From NCBI RefSeq assembly GCF_009914755.1, contig NC_060947.1: a stretch of 64,000 nt of DNA; one strand, 5' to 3'. This document shows, in pieces, positions 1 through 13,085 of the stretch (the first letter of the stretch is position 1; each line of letters starts with the position of its first letter). The notes beneath the pieces were generated by a model, which was not told the DNA's origin, did no database searches, and saw only the letters and a list, made by a program, of their open reading frames with translations. The DNA is from the human T2T-CHM13v2.0 reference genome, Homo sapiens. The position numbers were made by a program, and so were the translations under genes.

Positions 1-1411
1 CTTTGACCACAATGGAATCAAATTATAAATAGATAATGCAGAATATTTTGTAAATTTAAAAGTATGTATAAATTAAACAACAGACTCATGAATAACCAAT
101 GGGTCGGAGAGAAAAATAACATGAAAAAAATAGAAATTACTTGGAGTTGAATGAGAGGTAAAACAACAACCCCACAAACATGCCAAAATTTATGAGATGG
201 AGCTAAAGTAGTGCTTGGAGGGAAATGTATAGCCATAAGCTCTTACATGTAAAAACATTTTCAAATTAATAACCTAATATTTCACCTTAAGGCAGTGAAA
301 AAGAAGATCAAACTAAACCTAAAGCAATCAGGAGGAAGAAAATTAGAAATATAAGAGTAGAAGTTAATAAAAGAAAGAATAGGAAAACAATAGAGAAAAT
401 AAATGCAACTAAAAGTTGGTTCTTTGAAAAAATTAAAAAAATTGACAAACTTTTATGTATACTAATCAAGAAAAAAAGAAGACTCAAATTACTAAAATTA
501 CAGATAAAATATGCAATCAATTATGAAAATATAATGGACTATAAAATCATACTGTTAACAACTCTATGGCAAATTAGAAACAAATTAGACAACTTCGATA
601 AAATGGAAACATTTCTAGCAAGACACAAACTATAGAACTGACTTGGGAAGAAACAGAAACTCTGCAGAGACCTATATAACAAACTTAGAGTATGAATTAA
701 TCATAACAATAATAAAAAATAAAAATAATCAACAACTTTTTACAAAGCAAAGCTCAGTACATCATGGCTTCACTGGTGAATTATATCAAATGTTTAAAAA
801 ACAAATACCAATCCTTTTCCCAGTCTTCCAAATATTAGAAGTGAAGGAAGCACTTCCCAACCCGTTCCATGAGGCCAACATTACCCTGCATTCAAAGCCA
901 GATGAAGATATCAGAAGAAAATAAAACAACTAACTAATATACTTTATAAATATAGACACAAATGAAATTCAAAAAAATATAAAATGGATTATAAGCTATT
1001 AACAAATAGAATTTATCCCAGGATGGAAGATTGTTTTAACATCTGAAAATCAATGTTATATATTATATCGATTGAAGGGAAAAAGACATAAACATCTCAA
1101 CAGACACAGAAAAATCATTTGACAAAATCCAATACCTTACCAAGACAAAAATTCCCAACCAAATAGGAGAAAACACTTTCTCTACATGTTAAAGAACATT
1201 TATAAAAAACTCACAGCTAAAATTATATTCATGATGAAAGGGTGAAAGTATGAATGTCATTCCCCCAAGATTGGGAACAAGATATGGATGTCCACTCTCA
1301 CCACTTATATTCAACATTATCCTGGAGGTCCTAGTCAAAGCAAATAGGAAAAAAGAAAGAAAAGCCATCCAGATTAGAAAGAAGGATGTATAAATCATTC
1401 TACCGTAAAGA

Positions 1412-1890
1412 CACACACATGTGAATGTTCACTGCAGCACTATTCACAGTAGCAAAGAAATGAAATCAACCTAAATGCCCAACAATGACAAATTGGAGAA
1501 AGAAAATGTGGTACACATACAACATGAAATGCAGCCATAAAACAGTAATGAGATCATGTCTTTTGCGGGAACATGGATGGATCTGGAGGCTATTACCCTT
1601 AGCAGAATAATGCAGCAACAGAAAACCAAATATCGCATGTTCTCACTTATAATTGGGAGCTAAATGATAAGAACTTATGAACACAAAGAAGGAAACAAAA
1701 GACACTGGGTTCTACCTGAGAGTTGGAGGAAGGAGAGGAGCAGATAAGATAAGTATTAGGTACTGGACTTACTACCTGTGTGATGAAATAATATGTACAA
1801 CAAACCTCCATGACAAGTGTCTATCTATGTAACAAATCTTCACTTGAACCTCCAAACCCAAAATAAAAGTTTAAAAAATTTAAAAAACTA
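1412..1890 (+). mobile_element. 5'-truncated L1PA/L1PB-type 3' end inserted in the older L1
   Basis: Typical primate L1 3' sequence (gcagcactattcacagtagcaaag...tgggagctaaatgat...aaataaaagtttaaaaaa) with A-rich tail. Confidence 0.75.
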
Positions 1891-3169
1891 TATTCACAAT
1901 TGACAACACCTATACAAAGAAAAGGAATCTACTACAAAATTATTAGAGCTAATAATAGTTCTAATAGTTCTAAGAAAGCAGTTCAGCAAGATTGCCTCAT
2001 ACAAGTTCAATACACAAAAATCAATTATACTTCTATGCTCTAGCAATGAACTACCTGGAAATGAAATTAAGAATACAATTTCCCTTATAGTCATTTATAT
2101 ACAATTTATATAATATGAATAATTTGTAAAAAATTTAAAACAATAAAGAAATTTAGGAATAAATTTAACAAAGAAGTGCAAATTTAACAAAGAAATGCAT
2201 TGAAAACTGCAAAATATCATGAAAATAATTATAGGTAAGTTAAATAAAGAAAAGTCATCCATGATCTTGAAAATGAAGAATGAATTTGGAGAAATCACAA
2301 TTCCAGATTGCAAAACTTAATAGAAAGCAATAGCCATCAAGACAATGTGTCACTCGCATAGGGATAGATATATTAGTCAATGGAATAGGTTTGAGAGTTT
2401 GGACATAACCCATACATCTATGGCAAAGACAATTTACTGCAGAAAAATAGCCCTTTTAAACAAATGGTGCTGGGAGAACTGGATGTCTACATGTAAAAGT
2501 ATGAGATATAAACAAATGAAATAAAAATGGATCATAGACCTAAATGTAATAGGTAACATATAAAAATCTTAGCAGAAAGCATAGCAATATATTATGTTTT
2601 TGGTTTAGACAATATCTTCTTGGTTACAACAGAGGAAGGTATAAATGATAGAAGAGAACACTGACAAGTTGGACTTTATCAGAATGAAAAATCTTTATAT
2701 TTCAAGGGGCACAATCAAGAAAATGAAAAGATAATTCATACACTGGGGGGACACATTTACAAATTATATATCTCCTACATGTCTTTTATCCAGAATATAT
2801 AAAGAACTCTTATAATTTAATAGAAAAAGACAAGTAAATGAATAAAAAGTTGGTAAAGAACATTAATAGACATTTCTGTAATGCAGATAAACAAATAGCC
2901 AATACCCATATGAAGATGCTCAGTATCATCACTAGCCACTGGGGAAAATGCAAATCTAGACATAAGAAGGTACCTGTTCTCCCTCACTAGGATGATTATA
3001 ATGCAAAAGAGAGACAACAAGTGTTAACAAGGATATGGAGTAACTGGATCCCTTATATATTACTGGTGGGATTGTTTATTAGTGCAGCTACTTTGGCAAA
3101 CAGTCTGCCAATTCTTCAAGAGGTTAAAGGTTTAACACATAGGATCCAGCAATTCCACCTTTGTATATA

Positions 3170-4357
3170 CAGTCATGAACCACATAATAATATTTCAGTC
3201 AACAATAGACAAGATATATGAATGTATTCTCATAAAGTTATAACAGAGCTAAAAATTCCTATCACCTGGTGACATTATAGGCATCAAAACATCATAGTGC
3301 AATGCATTACTCATATGTTTTGAGTGATCTAGTGTAAACAAACCTACTGCTCTGCCAGTCATATAAAAGTATAGCACATACAATTATGTAAATTACATAA
3401 TATTTAATAATTATAACACATGACTATTTTATGATTTATGTATATATTCTACTCATTTTAGGATGTATATACTGTCTTTATTTTAGCATATATTTCTACT
3501 TATAAAAATGATTAACTGTAAGACAGCTTCACGCAGGTACTTCAGGAGGTATTCCAGAAGAAGACATTGTTATCATAGGAGATGACAGCTCCCTGCATGT
3601 TATTGTCCCTAAAGATCTTCCAGTGGGACAAGAGGTGGAGGTGGAAGACAATGATATTAATGATCTCGACCTTTTGGAGGTCTAGGCTAATGTGCATGTT
3701 TTGTGACTTTAGTTTTTAACAAAAGTTTGAAAAGTAAAAAAAAAAAAAAAATAGAAAAAAAGCCTATAGACAAAGTACATAAAGAAAGAAAATACTTTTG
3801 TATAGCTGTACAAAGTGTTCGTATTTTAAACCAAGTGTTATTACAAAACAGTCGAAATGTTTAAAAATTAAAAAGTCTGTAAAGTAAAAAGGTTACAGTA
3901 AGTTAAGGTTAACTTATTGAAGAAAAAAATATTTTGAATACATTTAGTGTAGCCTAAATATACAGTTTATATAAACTACAGTAGTGTATGATAAAGTCCT
4001 AGGCCTTCACATTCACTTATCACCAACTGACTCACCCAGAGCAACTTCTACTCCTTCAAGTTCTATGAATGGTAAGTGCCCTATAGAGGCGTGCCATCTT
4101 TTATACCATATTTTTACTGTACCTTTTCTATGTTTAGATACACAGATACTCTCCATTGCATTACAATTGCCTACAGTATTGAGCACAGTAACATGCTGTA
4201 CAGGTTTGTAGCCTAAGAGCAATAGATTATGCCATATAGCCTAGTTGTGTAGTAGGATATACCATCTAGGTTTGTGTAAGTACACTTCATGAGTTTTGCA
4301 CAACGATGAAATCGCCTAAGGACATATTTCTGAGAACATTTTCCCATCATTAAGTGA
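3170..4357 (+). mobile_element. Tigger3 (Golem) non-autonomous DNA transposon, ~1.2 kb (Tigger3b-like)
   Basis: Starts TA|CAGTCATG..CATAA; ends ...atttctgagaacattttcccatcattaagtga. Internal sequence resembles the shorter copy at 57857. Confidence 0.8.
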
Positions 4358-4409
4358 TTGAAAACGTAGTCATGTAAAAACTCATACACAAATAAATGTT
4401 TATAGCAGC

Positions 4410-7206
4410 TGATATGGTTTGAATATTTGTCCCTTAAAAATCTCATGTTAAAATGTAATTTCTAGTGTTGGAGGTGGGGCCTGGTGGAAGGTGCTTGAAT
4501 CATGGGGGTGTATCCCTTACAAATGGTTTAGTGTCATCCCCTTGGTGATGAGTGAGTTCACTCAAGGTCTGGTTGTTTAAAAGTGTGTGGTGTACCATCC
4601 CACTCTCTCTCTTGGTCCTGCTCTCATCATATGAGATGCCTGCTCCGCCTTTGCCTTCCCCCAAGCTTGTAAGCTTCCTGAAGCCCTCACCAGAAGCAGA
4701 TGCTGGCACCACACTTCTTTTATTATCTGTAGAACCGTGAGCCAATGAAACCTCTTTTCTTTATAAATTATCCAGTCTGTAGTATCTCTTTATTACAACT
4801 CAAAAATGTCCTAACACAGAACATTTGTACCAGGAGTGGAATGTTGCTATGAGGATAACTGAAAATGTGGAAGTGGCTTTGGAACTGGGTAAAGGGCTGC
4901 AGTTCGAAAAGTTTGGAGGGCTGAGAAGGATACAGGGAGCTGAGGGAAAGTTTGGGACATCTTAGAGACTGGTCAAATGGTTGTGATCAAAATGGTGACA
5001 GTCGATCGACAGTGAAGTCCAAGCTGATGAGGTCTCAGATGGAAATGAGAAACTTACTAGGAATTGGAGCAAAGATCACCTTTATTATGCCTTAGCAAAG
5101 ATTTTGGCTGCACTGTTGTCCATGCCCTAGGGATCTGTGGAAAATTGAACTTAAGAGTGATGAGAAGCCGGGCGCAGTGGCTCACGCCTGTAATCCCAGC
5201 ACTTCGGGAGGCCGAGGCGGGCGGATCACGAGGTCAGGAGATCGAGACCATCCTGGCTAACACGGTGAAACCCCGTCTCTACTAAAAATACAAAAAATTA
5301 GCCGGGCGCGGTGGCGGGCGCCTGTAGTCCCAGCTACTCGGGAGGGAGGCTGAGGCAGGAGAATGGCGTGAACCCAGGAGGCGGAGCTTGCAGTGAGCCG
5401 AGATAGCCCCACTGCACTCCAGCCTGGGCGACAGAGCGAGACTCCATCTCCAAAAAAAAAAAAAAGAGTGATGAGTTAGGGTGTCTGGTAGAATAAATTT
5501 CTAAGCAGTAAAACTTTCAAGATGTGGTCTAACTGCTTGTAACAGTCTCAGCTCAGATGTGGGAGCAAAAAATAACTTAAATTTGGAGCTTCTATTTAAC
5601 AGGGAAGCAGAGCACAAAAGTTTGGAAAATTTGCAGTCTAGCCATGTGGTAGGAAAAAAAAAAGGCTGTTTTCAGGAGAAGAGTCTAAGTATATTGTGAA
5701 GCAACCACTTGCTAGAGAGATCAGCATAACAAAAACATCCAAGTGCTGATAGCCAAGACAATGGGATAAGGGCCTCAAATGCATTTCAGAGATCTGTGAG
5801 GCAACTCCTCCCATCATAGACCCAGAGGCTTAGGAGAAAAGAATAGTTTTGTTGAACAGGCCTGGGGCATCACCTCAGGAGGCTGCACCCTGTATCCCTG
5901 CTGCTCCAGCTTCAGCCATAGCTCAAAATGCCCAAGGTACAGCTCAGGACACTGCTTTAGAGGGCACAAGCCATAAGCCTTAGTGGCTTCCACGTAGTGT
6001 TAAGTGTGCAGATGCTCAGAATGCAAGTATGAAGGAACCGTGGTAGCTTCCACCTATATTTCAGAAAATGTATCAGAAAGCCTGGGTGCTCAGGCAGAAG
6101 CCTGCCACAGAGGTGAAGCAATGACAGAAATACTAAACCCGGCATGACACCCATTAAATCTTAAAGCTCCAGCATAATCCTTGACTCCATGTCCCACATC
6201 TAGGACACACTAGTGCAATGGGTGGGATCCCAAGGCCTTGGGCAGCTTCGCCTCTGTAGCTTTGCAGGCTGAAGCCCTTGTTGTGCTCTCATAGGTTGGA
6301 GATAAATTTGAGGCTGGAGCCCCCACAGAGACTACCCACCAGGGCACTGCCTAGTGGAGTTGTGGGAAGGGGGTCACTGTCCTGCAGACCCCAGAATGGT
6401 AGATTCACCAGAACCTTGCACCCTCTGCCTCTAAAAGCCACAGACACTCAACTCTAACAAGGGATGCAGTCTGGAGTCAAGGATTATGTTGGAGCTTTAG
6501 GATTTAATGACTGCCTTGCTGGATTTAGGACTTGCATGGGGTCTATTGCCCCTTTCTTTAGACTGATTTCTCCCTTTTGATATGGAAATGTTTATCCAAT
6601 GCCAATATCACCATTGTATCTTGGAAGTAAAAATCTTGTATTGATTTTACAGGCTCATAGGTGGAAGCGGATCATTCTCAGATGAGACTTAGGCTTTATA
6701 CTTGACATTGGAACAAGTTAGGACTTTGGGGGCACTGTTGGTAAAGGATTGTTGTAGTTTGCAATGTGAGAAGGACATGAGATTTGGGAGGCCAGGGGTG
6801 GAATTATATGGTTCGGATATTTGTCCCCTCCAAATCTCATGTTGAAATATAATCCCAAGTGTTGGAGGTAGGGCCTGGTGTGAGGTGTTTGGATAATGGG
6901 GGTGTATCCCTCATGAGTAGCTTAGCACCGTCCCCTGGGTGATAAATGAGTTCACTTGGGATTTGCTTGTTTAAAAGTGTGTGGCACCTCCCCCGACCCT
7001 TGCTCTTATTCTTTCCATATGAGAAACCTGTTCCCCCTTCACCTTCTGCCATGATTATAAACTTCCCAAGGCCCTCACCAGAAGCAGATGCTGGCACCAT
7101 GCTTCTTGTCCTGTCTGAGGAACCATGATCCAAAGAAATCTCTTTTCTTTATAAATAACCCAGCCTCAGGTATTCATTTATAGGAATGCAAAAATGGCCT
7201 AACACA
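4410..7206 (+). mobile_element. Full-length MaLR provirus (MSTB/MSTA-like): 5' LTR 4410-4818, internal 4819-6803, 3' LTR 6804-7206
   Basis: Two homologous LTRs (T(G/T)ATATGGTT...CTAACACA), a purine-rich tract before the 3' LTR, and a perfect 5-bp TSD GCAGC at 4405-4409 and 7207-7211. Confidence 0.9.
5166..5465 (+). mobile_element. AluY inserted in MST internal region
   Basis: AluY diagnostics (gagatcgagaccatcctggctaacacgg; gaatggcgtgaacc); CpG-rich; TSD AAGAGTGATGAG 5153-5164 / 5464-5475 at a TT/AAGA endonuclease site. Confidence 0.93.
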
Positions 7207-8089
7207 GCAGCTTTATTCATAATAATTCAGAAGTGAAAACAATTCAAATGTCCATACACTGACAAATGATTTAATGAAATATGGTTTATCCATACAATGG
7301 AATATTATTAGGCAACAAAAATATCGAAGTACTGATACATGACACAATGTGGATGAACCTTGAAAACATTACAAAAGTGAAATAATTCAGTCACAGAAAG
7401 GCAACATATGGTATGATTCTATTTACATGGAATGTTCAGAATGGAAAAACAAGTCTATAAAGACAGAGTATATTAGTTGTTGTCCAGGAGTGGGAAGGTG
7501 AGGGGAATAGGGAGTGACTACTTATGGTTTATTTTTAGCCTTCTGTGCATGTTCCAAAATTTCATTATCATGATAGTTGCATCACTCTGTAAATATTGTA
7601 AACATAATTGAACTGTATACTCTAAACAGATTATTTATGGTATATAAAGGCAAGATTTGGCCTGCATGTCATACTTTAACAGTTCCTGACCGAAGTAGTA
7701 GAATTCCAATTAGTGGGACAGGAAAGAATAATAGGCAGGGATAGGACAATGGTTTGAAGGGAATTCTTTAGTCCTTTCTAAGACACATCACACTGGTGAA
7801 TATATACAAATATAGAAAGAAAGTGAAGCAAAGTAGATTTTCTTACTTTTCCCCAATAAAGATACATCCAGCATTAGAATTACTAGCTATTTTAGTTCCT
7901 TCACAGTCATATGCTACTGAAATGCATGTCTTGTCCTTTTCAGAAGGAAGGTGATGAGATCTCTGTATATGGTAGCAAAGAGATTATATTAGTGATGGAT
8001 AACTGAAGAATGAGAAACTATGTAATCACAATCAGAGTGAATTTGTAAATTCCTACACACTAATATGGTAGCTTTTCACACAATAATGT

Positions 8090-8325
8090 TAATAATAAGT
8101 AACATGTATTAAAAGTTTCCTAAGTGCTTTGTTTATATTAACTTGCTTATACCTTATGACATCTCCTTAAAGTAGATTCTATGTTATCTACATTTTACGA
8201 ATGAGGACAATAAGGCAATGAGGTGTTAAATTGTCTGTCCAAGATCAAAGAGCTAATGAGTAGCAGAACCAAGTTTGGAATACAAGTAGAACTCTAGACA
8301 CTTTAATTTTAGCCACTGTGCTATA
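8090..8325 (-). mobile_element. MIR
   Basis: Reverse MIR core (cattttacgaatgaggacaataaggc...tgtccaagatc). Confidence 0.6.
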
Positions 8326-8588
8326 TGACCATATGATTTCAAGTTTGGAAAGGATAAAAAAGATTAATAAATTCAACTATTTTTTCAAATAGTTTAAAAT
8401 TATTCAAATTATTTATTCAAATAAAATATTACATAAAAATTGTCTGTGTAAAACATTTTAACATGGAACCCATTGAGTTGATGGCCTGGAGTCCTGCCTT
8501 TGTGGATCCCCCAGAGATTTTTCAAACATTTTGAGAATTTGATGTAGCCTAAATTTTCTTCCTTTACTTAAATCTCTCTATGATATTG

Positions 8589-9006
8589 CTATTTTAGTCT
8601 GCTCAGGCTGCCACAGCAAAATACCATAGGCTGGGTGGCTTAAACAACAGAAGTGGATTCTCTCAAAGTTCTGGAGGCTGGCAAGTCCAATATCAATGTC
8701 CCAGCAGGGTTCATTTTCTGATGAGGGCTTTCTTCCTGGCTTGCAGGTTGTTACCTTCTTACCATGTCATCACACGGAAGAGAGAGAGAGAGAGAAAGCG
8801 AACGAGAGAGAGCAGGCAAGCAAACTCTGGTGCCTCTTCCTTTTATTATGAGGCGACCAGCTGTTTCACATTAGGACCCCACCCTTATGATCTCATTTAA
8901 CTTTTTTCACATCCTCTAAGGCCCCACCTCCAAATACAGTCACATTGAGGGTTAGTGCTTCGACATAATGAATTAGGGGGAGGGACACACAATTCAGTCC
9001 ATAGCA
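8589..9006 (-). mobile_element. MLT1 (MaLR) solo LTR with internal (GA)n
   Basis: ttagtctgctcaggctgcc...aaataccataggctgggtggcttaaacaacag...cacaattcagtccatagca. Confidence 0.8.
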
Positions 9007-11581
9007 ATCCCAATCATAAATACTCTAGCTTCTGTTTTCATATGTTCATGAGAAGGAAAAGTATTTGCTCACCTATGCTGTCCTTGTTATTAATAGCTTT
9101 TGACAAAAATAATAATTTGAGTGATCTTTCTTACATTCAGCAAGTATATGTCTTTTGGGAGTTTGTATACACAGCTTCTAATTCTTCCCTTTAGGATTGT
9201 GTTGATAAATCTGCTCACATTAAGGGACTTGGCTCTGTAGCTGGTGCATAGTACTTACTCAATAAGATGTTATTATTATTTTGTCTAACAGTCTAACAGA
9301 CACTTAATTATTTATAGGTAATTATGACATGCTCCATTCAAAACTCCCATATTCTTCTCTTCTACACACTAAACATCCTCAGTTTTTTCTCTATTTTATC
9401 TTGTAAAGACTTTTTTTAAACCATTTTTGATGCTTTCTTATTGTATTCTCTCCTGAAGTATAGCTGCCTGAACTTCATAAAGCTATTTTAGGAGTGGTCT
9501 GACTATCTCAGAGTAGAATAGAACTGTTACCTCCACTGTTCTAGACAGTTTATTTTCATTAATACACACTAAGGTAATATTTAGTTTTTTGTGGGTTTTG
9601 GTAGCTATTGATCATTTTTCACTGAGCTTGAGCTAAGAGTCAGCTGTAATTACTTAATCTTTTCTACATGCGATACTGCTTACCCACATCTCTCCTGTTC
9701 TTTAAGTGATCGTTCACTTTTTTTTTTTTGATATGAGAGTCAAGCAAGACACTTTTCCCATTTAAAGTCCATTTTACTGTAGCCAGCCCTTGTTAAGATC
9801 CTGCTGGATCTGCAATGATACAACTTACCAAAGCTCCATCACAGTTCCAAGTTTGTTGGTAGGCCTTTCTTGTAGCACAGAGAAATACTGAGGCAAAAAG
9901 TGAGACCCATGGTATAATTGAGACATAGTGTTGTCAGCTTATATCTGTGTGCAGCTGGTTGCTCCAGCAACAACTGGAATACAATGTAGGTCTGAAAACA
10001 TGGAAGGTATCTAATACATACCTTACTTAGCTATAACCTTGAACAATCCTCTAAGTATTTAAATGCTTTGTGCTTAATTTTCCTCATGTATACAGAGAGT
10101 ACAGTAATCTGCTCTATCTTGTAGGGTTATTGGACAGAGGAAATAAGAGACAAGATATGACAAGAAACATACTTCAGTTTTCATTGTTTGAGCACATGAA
10201 TCCAGCAATGCTTGAAGTCCTGAAATTCTTAGGTAGATGAGCCTACACATTTTTGTTTGGTAAACTCAATTTGAATTGGATTTCAATCACTTGCATATGA
10301 AAGAGTCCTGACTGAAATCTGGGGTTGGGCAAAGGATGACTGGGTCAATGTAATAATAATCCCTGTGAATTAGAGTGCCTACTATTTTTTTCTCTCACAG
10401 AAGACATATAGAAAACAGAACAAAAAGAACAGTGATGAGATGGATACATGGGGAGGCTCCAGAAAGTGGCAGATGGTTTGGGGTTCCCCTATTGAATAGC
10501 TGATTAATAACTTGACAGAAAGCATGGCCTTTTGGGATGGGAAACCATGGACTCAGCTATTTCCTACATGGGGTAAGGGAAGCATCTTAGTTACTACTGT
10601 GGGACTAGCATCTTGTTGGGCTAACAGAAAAGAACTGAGTTTGTGCTCTGTCTAGGTCTCTAGACATGACCTTTGTTTAATACGTGATGGGAAGCAAAAA
10701 TAAAATGGTAAATGCTAATAAATGTTGATAAATGGTTTCAAGTAGCTTTGATCTAATAAAAATTAGAAAGCAGGTCAACATCAAAGATATCATCTCTTGC
10801 TGAGTATAATTTCCAAAGCAAAAACACTGGGAAAATGTGCTCAAAACATGTAGGTGCATTCCAGATTTTAAAGTTGGAGACTGGTGATGTGCACATAAAA
10901 CTTGAAATATAAATAGCTATTTTGGGAGTGATTATTTTACTCTAATAGAGAGTTTCAAATTAATTTCCTTTTCCCCAAAAAAAGGAGCTTCAGCAAACCC
11001 TTGAGATTAGAAGGGAGCAATAGAAGCAACTTAGTCCAGTTCTCTAACCCAAGGAAGAATTGCTTATTCCTGATCAATCTTGATTTTCTACTGTATTTAA
11101 GTAATATATGGAGACTATACCTATGAAATACTTCACCTCCGTATGTCCCAAAAAAGCATCTTTGAAATCTACTGACCTCTGCCCCTTTAAGTCAGAGCTA
11201 GGGTACAAGGCAGAAAAATCAATACACTGTAGCCTACAGTCAGCTCTACCTCCTTGGTCATCCAAGAATATCTGTCCCTTTTTAGAGTTCTGCACATATA
11301 CAGAGAATGTTGCCTATGAACCTCTCTTATTCTTCACTCTGGCTAAAATGGGTCTGTTCACCATCTCCACCATTAATTCATCTTTTCTTCTTCCTTTTTC
11401 CGCAATTCTCAGTCTTTTTGTATTCCCTTCATACATAGCCCCTAATTATCTATCCCCATTCTATTTCCTCTGTTAATTTATTTTTACCTCACTGTGCTTT
11501 TGAAACAGGACCAGGCAGGCATTCGTGAGTTGGTGGGGTTCTGCCTCTTTCATCTTTTACATTCCTGACATAGCCAATTCT

Positions 11582-11914
11582 GTTTTGTTGTTGTTGTTGT
11601 TTTGTTTTTAATTGTTTGTTTGTTTGTTTTGAGATGTAGTCTCGCTCTGTCACCAGGCTGGAGTGTAGTGCCACTATCTCAGCTCACTGCAACCTCTGCC
11701 TCTGCCTCCTAGGTTCAAGTGATTCTCCTGCCTCAGCCTCCTGAGTAGCTGGGACTACAGGCATGCCCCACCACGCTGAGCTAATTTTTGTAATTTTAGT
11801 AGAGACAGGGTTTCACCATGTTGGCCAGGATGGTCTCCATCTCTTGACCTCGTGATCCGCCCACCTCGGCATCCCAAAGTGCTGGGATTACAGGCGTGAG
11901 CCACCATGCCCCAC
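11582..11914 (-). mobile_element. AluSc-like
   Basis: Reverse Alu with ctctgtcaccaggctgg and ggccaggatggtctc; tail decayed to (GTT)n/(GTTT)n; degenerate TSD tgacatagccaattct / tgacataatcaattct. Confidence 0.9.
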
Positions 11915-12353
11915 TGACATAATCAATTCTTTATGGGCACATGCAGAAGTACAGACAATTATTAAAAAAACAGATATTCCAATTTAAGGACTGCAGACAT
12001 GGCTTTAAGTTATTTTACCTTTTTGGATATTTATTTTATTAATCCTATTAAGTTTAAGCTAAAATTCCAAAAAGTTTTCTATCAGACTAATTCACTATGA
12101 AGGTAGATGGTTTGGGAGTTCCCTAGGGTTCTCAACAAGTCAATTTTGATTTTAAATTCTTTCTTGAATGATTTTCTTATTCTCCCACTAATCCCAGCTC
12201 CTGTTACATGCTGCAATGTAAAACAGAGTTGACCAATCTTAGCTCTCATGGAAAACATTCTATATTGGGTCCCCAACACTCATTTCAACACCTAAGTTGG
12301 CTTCTTGTACTATTAAGTCAGAAAAACTAAAATCTACATTACATGGACATAAA

Positions 12354-12438
12354 CTATATATATATACATATATATACATATATATGTATATATATATAAA
12401 CGTATATGTATATATACGTATATATATATATATATATG
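12354..12438. repeat. Compound (TA)n/(TACA)/(TATG) microsatellite
   Basis: Directly visible. Confidence 0.95.
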
Positions 12439-12957
12439 CATCTGACATACAACAAGTGACTCAGGTTTGGTCAAGTGAAGAAATATTTATGATACCTGGA
12501 GATGGAAGAAAGCAATATGAGGCTGGAGCCATTATGGGAAGATTGAATATTCTGGAAAGAATTATGACTGAGGCATTTCATTCCTTTAGAGAATCTGGGA
12601 AAACTGTCACATGCATTCCCAAATGTCATAAGTATTGAGTGGTGGATATTGACCATACCAGTGTTGTTGCTAGAATACTCTCATGGTATGACTGGGCATT
12701 GACCTTGGCTAAGTTGTTCCTGTCTGTGTGGCATTTAAGCTTGGTTCTTTGTCTCTCCTAGAGATTTGCTGATTTATCTAATAATCTTTAATTAATCATT
12801 TTCTGTCTAAATTAAATAGAGTTCATTTTAGAGTGTCTATAATTAAAAACCTAACCTATGTAGCTTAAACATTTTACCCCAGCAATAGTGGCTAGAGTCA
12901 TTTGAAAATATATCAGCGGAATGATTTAGAGCTCAAAAGGCTTCCTTGAACAGAAAG

Positions 12958-13085
12958 GACTAGAGACACCATAGACTAAATACAGAAAGGGCTTTTAAAA
13001 TAAGCCCCTTTAAAATATTCCTTATTTGAAAATCCTTTATTATTTAAAAACTCCTTTCTGTATTTTGTCAATGGTGTCTCTAGTC
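12958..13085. repeat. 128-bp imperfect palindrome (33-bp arms, 31/33 complementary); MITE-like, family not assigned
   Basis: gactagagacaccatagactaaatacagaaagg (12958-12990) versus the reverse complement of 13053-13085. Confidence 0.85.

Larger units (their letters stand above)
1..7630 (+). mobile_element. Old L1 (L1MB-like) ORF2 and 3' end remnant, interrupted by four nested insertions
   Basis: Degenerate ORF2 homology (e.g. HGFTGELYQMFK...FHEANITL..KPD in ORF 643-924). L1MB-type 3' end at 7212-7630. Host sequence resumes colinearly after each insertion. Confidence 0.85.

Noticed and set aside
2161-2199. Small tandem duplications inside repeats (19-bp unit in L1; tgtctcttaaga x2 at ~43435)
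   Set aside because: Ordinary slippage in decayed elements.
4500-7133. Paired similar ORFs at 4500-4745 and 6837-7133 suggesting a gene duplication
   Set aside because: They are the two LTRs of one MaLR element.
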